63,769 nucleotides of DNA, filler included, from an uncultured bacterium (GCA_964543115.1; 4 parts of 4 records of this genome joined end to end with filler, not necessarily neighbours in it), one strand, 5' to 3'; counted from the whole stretch's first letter, positions 43,601 to 52,279 are shown. Notes: generated by a model from the letters alone, not told the origin. A program made the numbers and translations.

Positions 43601-44998
43601 AGTATTTACACCCAGATCGGCACACCGTTCATTTATTGTCTCTAACAGCCCCAGCTCTTTCAGCAGCACCCGGCTCTCCTCTTCATATTTAACCTTGCCC
43701 TTACTAAAATATTCTTCCACCTTACCAATATCATGCAGCAAGGCCGCAAACAGATATTGAAATTTATATTCCTTATAGATCGACTGCAGTTTCGCATAGG
43801 TCTCTTCTGCTCTGCCCCTATCTTCAGCTTCAAACAACCGCCAGCACTGCGTCAAGTCTTGAACTTCTGTCGAGGTTGCTGCATAATTTAACTGCAGGAA
43901 GGCAACTATCACCTGTTCCATATGCTGGACAACAGAATCTATATAGGCAAGTGCAGCTTCGTCCAATTCCTCCCGGGAAAGCATGCCCAGCGCATTAAAC
44001 ATATCCTTTAACCTCTCATTAAACTTACTGCGCACATATTCATTTAATGAATCAATACTAATTTCACTATGATCTATCGAAATTAATTCCCTTACTATTA
44101 CCACCAGATCATTGCCGATGCGATCTTCCATCGTTGGCACACCCAGCATTTGCTGATATAATTTTGCATAGCGCCTGGCAGACTTGCGCCAGGAAACATC
44201 TGTCTCCAAAGCATTCTGCTTGAGTTTTTGCCAATGATACGGCTCTTGATAATACAAAGAAACAGCGCGGTCAATCGCCTGAAACAATGCATAACTAGAA
44301 TAATTCTTAAATTTAATTCCATTTCCGGTATGTGTATTTTCACTATAATTCTGCACCGTATCTTCTAGGCCGCCTGTCGCCCGCACTATGGGCACGGTAC
44401 CAGCTGCCATGGCCATTAACTGCACCAGGCCGCACGGTTCATAGCGGGAAGGCACCAGCAACATATCACTGCCCCACATCACCAAAGAGGAAAGCTCATT
44501 ATCGAATTTATTATGCACTCCTACACTCTGGGAATATCTCCTGGCAAGCTGCAAAAATTCATGTTCTATCTTTTTGCCTGCCAGATCACATCTCTGTATT
44601 TTTTCTATCATGGCAAAATATTCTTGGAGCAACTTATCTCCCGCAGATAATCTTTTTCTCACAATCTCTGCTACATCATTCTCCGTCAAACATTCATGTA
44701 AACCATAAACATCAATAACCATACCGTCTTCAGCTATTAATTCATCAACAGGAACACTAAACTCTGCCAGCATGCTGCGCAAAGGCAGAGATATTTCCAC
44801 TTCTCCGTTCGCGCTGCCCAGAAACACAAACTGTACCCCTTCATCCTTAACTAAACGTTCAGCTATTTCTGACACTAACTCCATCCCTTTCTGATATGCT
44901 ATTCTGCTCACCACAGCCACTATCGGCGTATCCGGATACAAATCAAGCCTGAACTGTTGCTGCAGTTTTGATTTAGCTACAGCCTTAGTTTTAGCCAC
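40667..44998 (-). CDS. Glycogen synthase (GT5) C-terminal lobe + HD-like domain + MidA/NDUFAF7-like methyltransferase + C-terminal domain; in-frame continuation of the upstream ORF
   Basis: VVSRIAYQKG, VPSRYEPCGLVQL, PIVRATGGLEDTV; ALLHDIGK; KITYAEFM..IVDMNAGDG..YIIVENS..SSDLIDTF. Confidence 0.8.
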   Translation of the reverse strand: MAKTKAVAKSKLQQQFRLDLYPDTPIVAVVSRIAYQKGMELVSEIAERLVKDEGVQFVFLGSANGEVEISLPLRSMLAEFSVPVDELIAEDGMVIDVYGLHECLTENDVAEIVRKRLSAGDKLLQEYFAMIEKIQRCDLAGKKIEHEFLQLARRYSQSVGVHNKFDNELSSLVMWGSDMLLVPSRYEPCGLVQLMAMAAGTVPIVRATGGLEDTVQNYSENTHTGNGIKFKNYSSYALFQAIDRAVSLYYQEPYHWQKLKQNALETDVSWRKSARRYAKLYQQMLGVPTMEDRIGNDLVVIVRELISIDHSEISIDSLNEYVRSKFNERLKDMFNALGMLSREELDEAALAYIDSVVQHMEQVIVAFLQLNYAATSTEVQDLTQCWRLFEAEDRGRAEETYAKLQSIYKEYKFQYLFAALLHDIGKVEEYFSKGKVKYEEESRVLLKELGLLETINERCADLGVNTISSAAMRKIGLIVLFHTHLGLMNTGENPFSKINELLVEKRARRYLADDEGKISPEKLRELLEGIVLISALDMAGYVSGDNKVGYLTNPKAEFLLGIIAEVMEIAEKKGYDFEETIKGLKFRSAQLTTARISLLTALVDKNVDRRIKCAAQGVANSKEYKFYANKIKKAKKQLVASREISREDWSLVTAEFDGISCRHFDYPFAWLSWLDYEKDVPEMRRTMFSRAEDIQDDYTINPQAVKLLTFVVKAATTAEYGMICDEVFFTDEERNVLSAKREDIANYILNLHEALKAARRIRYEALSGRIYFVDASGRNIYQGPVLEKEGTRLFIRLDKGDISFTRPERQKADNVKTKIQYAIEDSGGKITYAEFMRIVREYSRPVAAGSDAANPGFAVGLARQFYLMWEKMDRPERFDIVDMNAGDGRLCLNILNYIREYLPEFYPHIHYIIVENSAEMVETQRARISVENPGVEWRMESVKGEVFDEAEITGVFFSSDLIDTFNTHRVVCEGKELREIYVGYDSDKGNFYEVRDDVSDPRIKAYMQAIFTAEGSYIDLGREVSVCLEMVDWVNNVSRALNGGFVLTFDQGITSYRELLSKGTPVTATGLPVSMPLQLDADLYFWIDFLSLSAYGEEAGLAKEWFGHASNYIDHFSVMPAISLSNVLMQSKGVAGYELKYEKQRFRGGFPKIRETVGKVLEFLREKKVDKASLPSIPLEAELDADDVIKELIRLAKESDKSAEEILIHLLAKGKGIEKIIQEEIAWQSIEKQRLDPILQHARAIREAEEKALTELELVTGQEATAGMKLTIVDAQALINMREEELSEVFEILTADENNLVAVVAFDKEAEGVLRLIDEGKVTVVRADEIGEKPAEQAVLAKISRAEKPVNIQNVSVLASLENIANGNWRKAVAGFHYVVLNHNSLTVTALLAVYAELPQDVKQHLAEAGINREVIKRSEIREEKFVPARYELSAIVEIERAA

Positions 44999-45007
44999 TT
45001 CCTGAAA

Positions 45008-48000
45008 CTAATGCCTGTACCCTTCTACGTCCATACCATTTACCACCCCAAAAAAATTGCTGCCTTTTTCCCTGATCAGCTCCTCCAGCCCCTGCGCAAG
45101 TGCCGGATCCTCAAGCTCCCTGGCATAAGTTTCACTGACGGTTCCCACTAAATCACTATCGCGGATGGCCGCGGCATTAAAGTTCATACAGGTTTGATCC
45201 TGCGGATCCCTGAGACCATCACAGTTAGCCTCATCCAGATTAAGCAACTCATAAAGATTAACTCCAGCAGCCATTTCATACTTGAACACTCCCTGATATG
45301 AACGGCCCACATTATGCAGACTATGCATTGTGCGCGTGCGGGAAAATAGCGGATCTTTACTGTATAACGGATCCCTTTTCAAACAAACAGGCACCAGCCC
45401 TGCCAACCAGTCATTTGAATGAACAATATCAGGGGCAAGACCCAGGGCCTTGATTAATTCCAAAGAACCACGCGAAAGAAACACCGCCCTTTCCACCCAT
45501 GTTTTTTCATCAGCAATTCCATATAATTTATCTGCCAGCCTATCATTAACAAGAAAATAAACCGTAACCTTGTCCACCTGCGCCTTCATTATCTTTGCCA
45601 CCACTTCCTCCCTACCCAGCGGAACAGTTATTTCCACATCTATTTCTTCAATACCATATTTTCGGATAATCTTTTCCCTATCCTTTTCATAGAGCATTGT
45701 AATAACCGTAGTTTCAATCCCCAGCTCTGCTATGGCCTTGGGATAATCACCGGCAACATCTGCCAACCCGCCGGCTTTGGCAAAAGGTAATACCTCCGGA
45801 GAAATATAAACCATACTGCTAAAACCCCAAGCAGACTCAAGATTACTAATCATCTGCTCAGCAAGCCTCTTCAGTCCAGGATCAGCAGTGTCCTCTGCGG
45901 CAATGGTCGCCAGCTTTTCCCGCGCTGCCTCTCGGCGATAATAGGTCCCTTTGCCACTAACCTTGATTAAAGAATTATCCTCTCCCCCGGAAGTACCTGG
46001 ATATAATCCTTTCCGCCAGCTCGTCTCTCCACCTTTCTTAACGATAAACTTAAATTGATGGGCAGTATCCTTTGGCGGCATTATCTCTTTAGGAACCACT
46101 ACCACCCAGCTATCATTAGTCACTTTCCTCATCTCTAAAGCACCATCCTCAGGCCTCTGTGCCCAGGCATTAAAATCACCTGTCAGCAGCACCTCATCAG
46201 CCTCTCCTGCCTGAATATGTAAGAGCATACCTTCCGCAACCTCAGAACGTGCCCTTTCATAAAGAAGCTCTAAATCAAGTTGATTTATCGCCTTTTTTCC
46301 TAATAACCAAGGAACTACCTCGCCAGTTGTTTTGGCACCTTTATAAAATCCCTCATTGGACCGCATAGAACTAAATCTCATACTGCCTCTATCCAATAAA
46401 GTATCTATTTCATGCACACCACATCCACCAACCGCCCGCTGAATCTTTCCGTCCAATTCAGCGCTCACTATATCTTTTATCTCTCCTACACTCCTATCCC
46501 TAACATCCCAGACACCAATAGCCTGCCAACGATCAACATGTATCTTCTCTATACCTATTCCCCGCGCCTCTACATCAGCCATTATTTCATGCAATAAACT
46601 AATAAACCTCTCCCTTGTTCTTGCCCTGATCATCGCGCTAAACCTTTCTCCAGTACTGCTTACATATCCACTCATACCAACTAAATACATACCATCAGCA
46701 TTTGTATTAATTGCTAACAATCTGGGATTGGCTCCAGTAATTGATACGGCATAGCCATCATCTTTATACGAGGTGGGCACAATAAAACAATCTGCGGGAA
46801 CATCAGAAACCGTTGTCTGGAAAGAACCAAACATCTCGCCAAATGATTTTTCTATACCAATCAAGGCAAAAGGAGAAACATATTGATAAGGATCATCAGG
46901 CCCATAACATTTCCATTGATATCGTTGCTTAATATTTTTCAGTAAATCATTAATAGTTAATCCCGCAATTCTTGTTCTCACACCCTCTGCATATACCCCC
47001 TGTTTAGATCCATATTCTTTCGCCAAATCAAAATAATAATATAAGATATCCTTATGTCCATCCACCATGGACACTTTTACCAATCGCGAAACATCAATCC
47101 GGCCGGTTAAAAGCCCTTTTACTTCCTCAAACCGGGCAGAATCAAGACTGCGCACTAAGACTAAGGCAAACTCTTTATCGTCTATATCATTATCAGCCAT
47201 TAAGAAGGCAATAATATCTGCCTGTTCTTCCGCTATATAGCTGTTAAAAAATGCTATTTTTTGTATATCCGTCCAAACCTCATCTAAGGCCTGAAAAAGC
47301 ACCCTTTCTCCATCTTCAGTAACATCCCACAATCGCCCTCGCTGCAAATGTCCAAACTCCTCTAGTAATTCCCAGGACAACAATTTAGCACATTTCAACC
47401 GCCCTGTTGCCGTATCCGCTTCCAGCACATCAACATCAACATGTACCCGGCCAGCCTTAATAGACGCCAATTCTTCATTCCCCGTAACAATAGCTATTTC
47501 CTTAACCCCAACCTCCTGCCAATCCATTCCGTATGTTACCTGACTTGTCAAATAAAGTTTTTCATTCCCGCCAGGACCCACCAGTTTAATATCATTTCCC
47601 TGCAGATCCACTTGAAATACCTCCCCATCTATATTGACACTGTCATTTACCTTCACCCTTTCGATATCTCCCCTTTCATTTATTTTTACCCTGCCAATAA
47701 CAACCGGTGCACTGCCGGGCTGCCGCACTCTGCGTTTGATTCCGGAAGTCATCCGACCTGAACCAGAATCATTTTTAAACCAAGCTGGAATCCACGCTGG
47801 CGGCACAACAGGTTTAAACAGAGTGCGCAGTACCAGCATCACACTAACCATCAGCACTATCTGTCCCAAGGCATACAAGCCTGTGGTAAAAACATCTATG
47901 CCCAGCATGGAAGGAATAAATAATAATAGGCCACCTAAATATCCGCCCACAAATAGAACTCCGGTGGTATTTGCTGTCATTATCGCTAATGACACTATCG

Positions 48001-48592
48001 CACAAGCAATTAATACCCCTGGACTCATGAACATAGTCGGACCCAATAACATTAATCCTGTCACATACACCGCTGATGCTGCCAGGGCCTTCCCACTTTT
48101 AACATCAGGAATAAACGCCCTTAGTACGGTCCCTAAATTCGCCAGCACCCCAACATTAGTAAAAATAGGAGTAGCCGCCCATAGCATTACAGCCGCTATA
48201 TAAAAGGCAGACCAGAATACATCTACACTCTGCCACAATTGGATGCCAATTAATGCCAAAACAGTAAATATAGTAGATACCAATATCTGTTTTTCAAATG
48301 TTTTAAAGAATTCATCTGGAGGAAAAAACTCAAGCCCCCAGCCCTTGCCGGTAACAATAAACTCAGCAGCACCTTTCAATCCCTCTTTTACACCCTGGGC
48401 ATATACCGGGATATAGGCCATATATACAGCAACCAGCTTAGGAAACATCCCCACTATCTTTGAAAGACCGCGCCACCAGCCATATCTAATAATTATCAAA
48501 GCAGACAATACAAGAAATGCAATTACTATTAACCCAGCCCACATCAATAAATTAGGTGCTGAAATTATATTTAAAAGCACAATTCCAAATAC
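45008..48592 (-). CDS. 5'-truncated giant protein: multi-TM region with FxVTxK, CBM48, glycogen synthase (GT5) N-terminal lobe
   Basis: Open to contig end; EFIVTGK; EVLLTGDFNAW..FKFIV; SPEVLPFAKAGGLADV, HSNDW, HNV..YQG, TVSETYAREL, GVVNGMD then TAG. Confidence 0.82.
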   Translation of the reverse strand, partial: VFGIVLLNIISAPNLLMWAGLIVIAFLVLSALIIIRYGWWRGLSKIVGMFPKLVAVYMAYIPVYAQGVKEGLKGAAEFIVTGKGWGLEFFPPDEFFKTFEKQILVSTIFTVLALIGIQLWQSVDVFWSAFYIAAVMLWAATPIFTNVGVLANLGTVLRAFIPDVKSGKALAASAVYVTGLMLLGPTMFMSPGVLIACAIVSLAIMTANTTGVLFVGGYLGGLLLFIPSMLGIDVFTTGLYALGQIVLMVSVMLVLRTLFKPVVPPAWIPAWFKNDSGSGRMTSGIKRRVRQPGSAPVVIGRVKINERGDIERVKVNDSVNIDGEVFQVDLQGNDIKLVGPGGNEKLYLTSQVTYGMDWQEVGVKEIAIVTGNEELASIKAGRVHVDVDVLEADTATGRLKCAKLLSWELLEEFGHLQRGRLWDVTEDGERVLFQALDEVWTDIQKIAFFNSYIAEEQADIIAFLMADNDIDDKEFALVLVRSLDSARFEEVKGLLTGRIDVSRLVKVSMVDGHKDILYYYFDLAKEYGSKQGVYAEGVRTRIAGLTINDLLKNIKQRYQWKCYGPDDPYQYVSPFALIGIEKSFGEMFGSFQTTVSDVPADCFIVPTSYKDDGYAVSITGANPRLLAINTNADGMYLVGMSGYVSSTGERFSAMIRARTRERFISLLHEIMADVEARGIGIEKIHVDRWQAIGVWDVRDRSVGEIKDIVSAELDGKIQRAVGGCGVHEIDTLLDRGSMRFSSMRSNEGFYKGAKTTGEVVPWLLGKKAINQLDLELLYERARSEVAEGMLLHIQAGEADEVLLTGDFNAWAQRPEDGALEMRKVTNDSWVVVVPKEIMPPKDTAHQFKFIVKKGGETSWRKGLYPGTSGGEDNSLIKVSGKGTYYRREAAREKLATIAAEDTADPGLKRLAEQMISNLESAWGFSSMVYISPEVLPFAKAGGLADVAGDYPKAIAELGIETTVITMLYEKDREKIIRKYGIEEIDVEITVPLGREEVVAKIMKAQVDKVTVYFLVNDRLADKLYGIADEKTWVERAVFLSRGSLELIKALGLAPDIVHSNDWLAGLVPVCLKRDPLYSKDPLFSRTRTMHSLHNVGRSYQGVFKYEMAAGVNLYELLNLDEANCDGLRDPQDQTCMNFNAAAIRDSDLVGTVSETYARELEDPALAQGLEELIREKGSNFFGVVNGMDVEGYRH

Positions 48593-48692
48593 NNNNNNNN
48601 NNNNNNNNNNNNNNNNNNNNNNNNNNNNNNNNNNNNTTAATTAATTAANNNNNNNNNNNNNNNNNNNNNNNNNNNNNNNNNNNNNNNNNNNN
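48593..48692. other. Artificial contig spacer
   Basis: 44N-TTAATTAATTAA(48637-48)-44N. Confidence 0.97.
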
Positions 48693-48694
48693 GT

Positions 48695-49813
48695 CTTTCC
48701 CTTAGGGAATTAACAGCGGGGGTAAACACGGCACCGCCGCCCAATGAGCTTTCCCCGGATGCCGTTGCCGTAATTATCTATACCTCCGGCACTACGGGTT
48801 TTCCCAAAGGGGCCATGCTTACTCATGCTAACCTGTTGGCTAATCTCAAGAGCTGTGCTCAGGCGTGCAGGATCAGCTGCCGGGACCGGGTGGTGATTGT
48901 CCTGCCGATGTTTCATTCCTTTACGATGACGGTCTGTATGTTGTTGCCGCTGTTTCAAGGCGCCGGCATGGTGGTGATTAAGTCGCTGCATAATTTTAAA
49001 AAAGTTTTTCAGCGGATGCTGTTATGTAAAGTAACGATGATGATCGGTATTCCGCCTCTTTATAATCTTTTGGCAAAGGCCAAGGTTCCCCGGATAGTAC
49101 GGATACTGTTAAGGCTGCGTCTGTGTATTTCCGGAGCGGCTCCGCTGGCGGAACAAACATTGAATGATTTTGAGCAGAATTGGAGACTGCCGCTGTTGGA
49201 GGGGTACGGTCTTTCTGAGGCCTCACCGGTAGTCAGCCTGAATCCGCTGGCCGGTGTGCGTAAAATTAATTCGGTTGGACTTGCGTTGTCTACAATTGAG
49301 GTCAAGATTGTCGGACCGGATGAGTCGGAAGTGCCTACAGGAAAAGTAGGAGAAATAATCGTTAAGGGTCCTAATGTTATGGCCGGGTACTATAAAAACG
49401 AGCAGGCGACTGCGGAAACAATTCGGGGCGGCTGGTTATTTACCGGTGATCTGGGCTATCTGGATAGTGATGGTTATCTTTTTATTGTTGATCGTAAGAA
49501 GGACATGATTTTAGTTCGGGGCCTGAACGTTTATCCGCGCGAGGTAGAGCAGGTGCTGCGCTCCCGGCCGGGGATCGCGGAGGTATCGGTTGTGGGCAGG
49601 CCTGATCCGGCCAGGGGAGAGGTTCCCGTGGCTTTTGTTATTCCCCGGAACGGGAAGCCTCCTGACGTAGTTGAGTTGACCAGGCATTGCCGGCAGCATT
49701 TAGCTGATTATAAGGTACCTAGGCAGATAATTATCGCGCAGGACCTCCCCCGGACACCAACAGGTAAGATACTTAAGCGTGAACTTAAAAAGCTCTTAGT
49801 TGACAAGCAGTAA
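48695..49813 (+). CDS. Long-chain-fatty-acid--CoA ligase (5'-truncated)
   Basis: Reading upstream of the listed ORF gives IIYTSGTTGFPKGAMLTH; EGYGLSE, TGDLG, DRKKDMI, PTGKILK. Confidence 0.9.
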   Translation, partial: LSLRELTAGVNTAPPPNELSPDAVAVIIYTSGTTGFPKGAMLTHANLLANLKSCAQACRISCRDRVVIVLPMFHSFTMTVCMLLPLFQGAGMVVIKSLHNFKKVFQRMLLCKVTMMIGIPPLYNLLAKAKVPRIVRILLRLRLCISGAAPLAEQTLNDFEQNWRLPLLEGYGLSEASPVVSLNPLAGVRKINSVGLALSTIEVKIVGPDESEVPTGKVGEIIVKGPNVMAGYYKNEQATAETIRGGWLFTGDLGYLDSDGYLFIVDRKKDMILVRGLNVYPREVEQVLRSRPGIAEVSVVGRPDPARGEVPVAFVIPRNGKPPDVVELTRHCRQHLADYKVPRQIIIAQDLPRTPTGKILKRELKKLLVDKQ

Positions 49814-49828
49814 AATATGTGCTATATT
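49800..49828 (+). promoter_or_regulatory. Sigma-70 promoter for pilZ-pilT
   Basis: TTGACA, 17 bp, TATATT with extended -10 TG. Confidence 0.65.
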
Positions 49829-49958
49829 GTAGGAGAAAGTTATAGGATAAGAATCAGGTATGAGCCAATATTTTGCTTAAATGGGTAATATTTTGGATTA
49901 GGAAATAATAAAATCCGCAATCCGAAATCTAAAATCCGCAATTGATAAGAGGTGTTTT

Positions 49959-50309
49959 ATGACAAAAACAAAAGTTACTGAAAGGCGTAAGTCGCCGCGG
50001 GTCAGAGGTGATTTTAATATAGAAATTGCCGACCATAAAACTAAAATTATTGCCCGGACAATAAATATCAGCGGTTCCGGGATCTATTGCCAGTGTGATC
50101 ACGCCATTCCTTTGTTTCGGGAAATTAAGATAATACTGCACCTGCCGGAGGAGGATAAGTCACTGAATTTTACCGGTGTTATCGTTCGCTGTGAGAAAAT
50201 ACCCGGCCGGCACCGCTATAATCTGGCTATTTTCTTTTCCAGTATCTCAGCCCGGGATAGAAAGTTGCTAGCCCAATATGTGGAAGATAAGTTAATAAGT
50301 GTCAGCTAA
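49959..50309 (+). CDS. Stand-alone PilZ domain protein
   Basis: ERRKSPRV (RxxxR) and NISGSG. Confidence 0.85.
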   Translation: MTKTKVTERRKSPRVRGDFNIEIADHKTKIIARTINISGSGIYCQCDHAIPLFREIKIILHLPEEDKSLNFTGVIVRCEKIPGRHRYNLAIFFSSISARDRKLLAQYVEDKLISVS

Positions 50310-50350
50310 GCTTCTTATCTTTAATCTTTTTTTTCAGCTTACTCATTTTT

Positions 50351-51442
50351 ATGAAACTTACCCAATTGCTTAAAGAGGTCGTTATCCGGCAGGCCTCTGA
50401 TCTCCATCTTAAGGTCCAAACCATACCAATTGTTCGTGTCGGCAGTGAGTTGGTGGATTTGGATTATCCCCCAATTACTCCCGCCCAGATGGATTCTTTC
50501 GTTAAAGAAATACTTGATCCTGTACGGCTGGAGCGATTTCAGAGGGAACGGGAGATAGATCTGGCCTATGTCGTGCCGGATATCGGCAGGTTCCGGGTGG
50601 ATATTTTTTATCAACGCGGAATGCCCGGCATGGTGATGCGCCGGGTGAAGAAAGAGTTTAGTAATTTTGCCGTTCTTGGGCTGCCGGAGGTGCTGGCCAA
50701 GATTTGTGATATTAACCGGGGGATTGTGCTTATTTGCGGTCCCGCCCGCAGCGGAAAATCAACGACAATCGCTACGATGATAAATTACATTAATAATATG
50801 CGCCGGCTGCATATTATTACCGTTGAAGACCCCATAGAGTTTTTGTTTGAGGATAATCAGAGTATTGTCAACCAGCGGGAAATCGGTATTGATACCCAAT
50901 CATTTGTTACCGCCCTGCGGCATATTATGCGTGAAGACCCGGATTTGATTTTTATCGGGGAAATGCGGGATCAGGACAGTTTCCAGGCGGCGATTAACGC
51001 CGCGGAAACCGGGCACCTGGTTTTTACGACCCTGCACGCGCATAGCGCAACCCAGGCCATAGACCGTTCATTAGAGTATTTTCCCGCGGCTGAACGGGAA
51101 CAGGTCCGCCGCCAGTTGGCCAATAACCTGCAGGCGGTTGTCGCGCAGAAATTATTGCCTAAGAAGGACGGCAGCGGATTGGTGCCGGTTGTTGAGGTGC
51201 TGATTGCCAACGGTACCGTTAGGAAACTGATCCGTGAAAATAAAGGAAATAAGATTTCAGCGGCAATAGAATTAGGTAAAGAACAAGGTATGCAAAATTT
51301 TAATCGTTCCCTGTTAAGTTTGGTTCAGTCCGGAACCATTGCCGAAGAGGAAGCGATGGCTGTTTCTCCTCATCCTGAAACCCTCCGCTTAAATCTACAG
51401 GGCATCTTCCTCGATGACGCGAAAAAGATCCTGGAAAGCTGA
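50351..51442 (+). CDS. pilT: PilT/PilU family type IV pilus retraction ATPase
   Basis: ASDLHL, GPARSGKSTT, ITVEDPIE, REDPDLIFIGEMRD, TGHLVFTTLH. Confidence 0.9.
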   Translation: MKLTQLLKEVVIRQASDLHLKVQTIPIVRVGSELVDLDYPPITPAQMDSFVKEILDPVRLERFQREREIDLAYVVPDIGRFRVDIFYQRGMPGMVMRRVKKEFSNFAVLGLPEVLAKICDINRGIVLICGPARSGKSTTIATMINYINNMRRLHIITVEDPIEFLFEDNQSIVNQREIGIDTQSFVTALRHIMREDPDLIFIGEMRDQDSFQAAINAAETGHLVFTTLHAHSATQAIDRSLEYFPAAEREQVRRQLANNLQAVVAQKLLPKKDGSGLVPVVEVLIANGTVRKLIRENKGNKISAAIELGKEQGMQNFNRSLLSLVQSGTIAEEEAMAVSPHPETLRLNLQGIFLDDAKKILES

Positions 51443-51525
51443 TGCCGTATTTTTCATTTCGAATTTCGAATTTTTTAAATTTACAATCTGCCAGCCACAA
51501 TCTTTTTTTGCTAACCAAAAATACT

Positions 51526-51554
51526 TTGTAAAACTATCCCGGATACGTTAAAAT
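51526..51554 (+). promoter_or_regulatory. Possible sigma-70 promoter giving a leaderless yggS transcript
   Basis: TTGTAA, 17 bp, TAAAAT ending 7 nt before ATG 51562; no SD. Confidence 0.45.
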
Positions 51555-51561
51555 AATATCC

Positions 51562-52248
51562 ATGTCTAAGATAGCGGATAATCTGTGGCAAATTAATGAG
51601 AATATCGCTATTGCCGCGGCTAAAAGCGGCCGGCGGGCAGAGGATATAACCCTGGTTTGTGTGTCCAAGCTTGTATCAATGGATCTTATTCAACAGGCAC
51701 TTGACGCCGGGGTCAGGGTATTTGGCGAAAACAGGGTGGAGGAGGCAAAGGCCAAACGGCAACAGCTGCCTGACGGTATTAATTGGCAGATGATCGGTCA
51801 TCTGCAGCGCCGCAAGGCCAGGGACGCGGTAGCGATTTTTGAACTGATTCATTCCGTGGATTCTGTTTCCCTAGCGGAAGAGATTGATAAACGGGCCCGG
51901 GCGATCGGCAAGGTACAGGACGTGCTTGTTGAAGTTAATCTTTCAGGAGAAAAATCCAAATATGGTTTATCTTCCGCTGTTGTTATGGAAGGTCTGGAGA
52001 AGATTGCCTGTTTGTCTAATCTGAGTGTTCAGGGATTGATGACCATGGCCCCGTTGGTTGCTGATGAGGAGCTTGCCCGGCCGGTGTTTCGCGGTCTGCG
52101 GGAACTGAAAGAGAAAATCAGTTCGCGAAATATTGCCGGGATCCAGCTGAAATATTTATCAATGGGGATGAGTCAGGATTATGCCGTAGCCATCGAAGAA
52201 GGATCAAACATGGTGCGCATTGGTTCAGCGATTTTTCAGGGGATATAG
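51562..52248 (+). CDS. yggS: PLP homeostasis protein YggS
   Basis: LVCVSK, FGENRVEE, MIGHLQRRK, IHSVDS, GLMTM, LSMGMSQDY, VRIGSAIF. Confidence 0.95.
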   Translation: MSKIADNLWQINENIAIAAAKSGRRAEDITLVCVSKLVSMDLIQQALDAGVRVFGENRVEEAKAKRQQLPDGINWQMIGHLQRRKARDAVAIFELIHSVDSVSLAEEIDKRARAIGKVQDVLVEVNLSGEKSKYGLSSAVVMEGLEKIACLSNLSVQGLMTMAPLVADEELARPVFRGLRELKEKISSRNIAGIQLKYLSMGMSQDYAVAIEEGSNMVRIGSAIFQGI

Positions 52249-52279
52249 TTACTCTGGGGGAAAAACAATAGGAGCAGTT

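Noticed and set aside
45008..45010. Genome-wide TAG reassignment
   Set aside because: TAG ends ileS, the DksA-like gene and the ABC binding protein normally. Only one in-frame TAG occurs in ~5000 codons of contig C.
16888..48692. Functional linkage between genes on either side of the TTAATTAATTAA spacers
   Set aside because: The spacers are artificial. Contig sizes (>=16887, 15862, 15643, >=15077) look length-sorted, so adjacency is meaningless.
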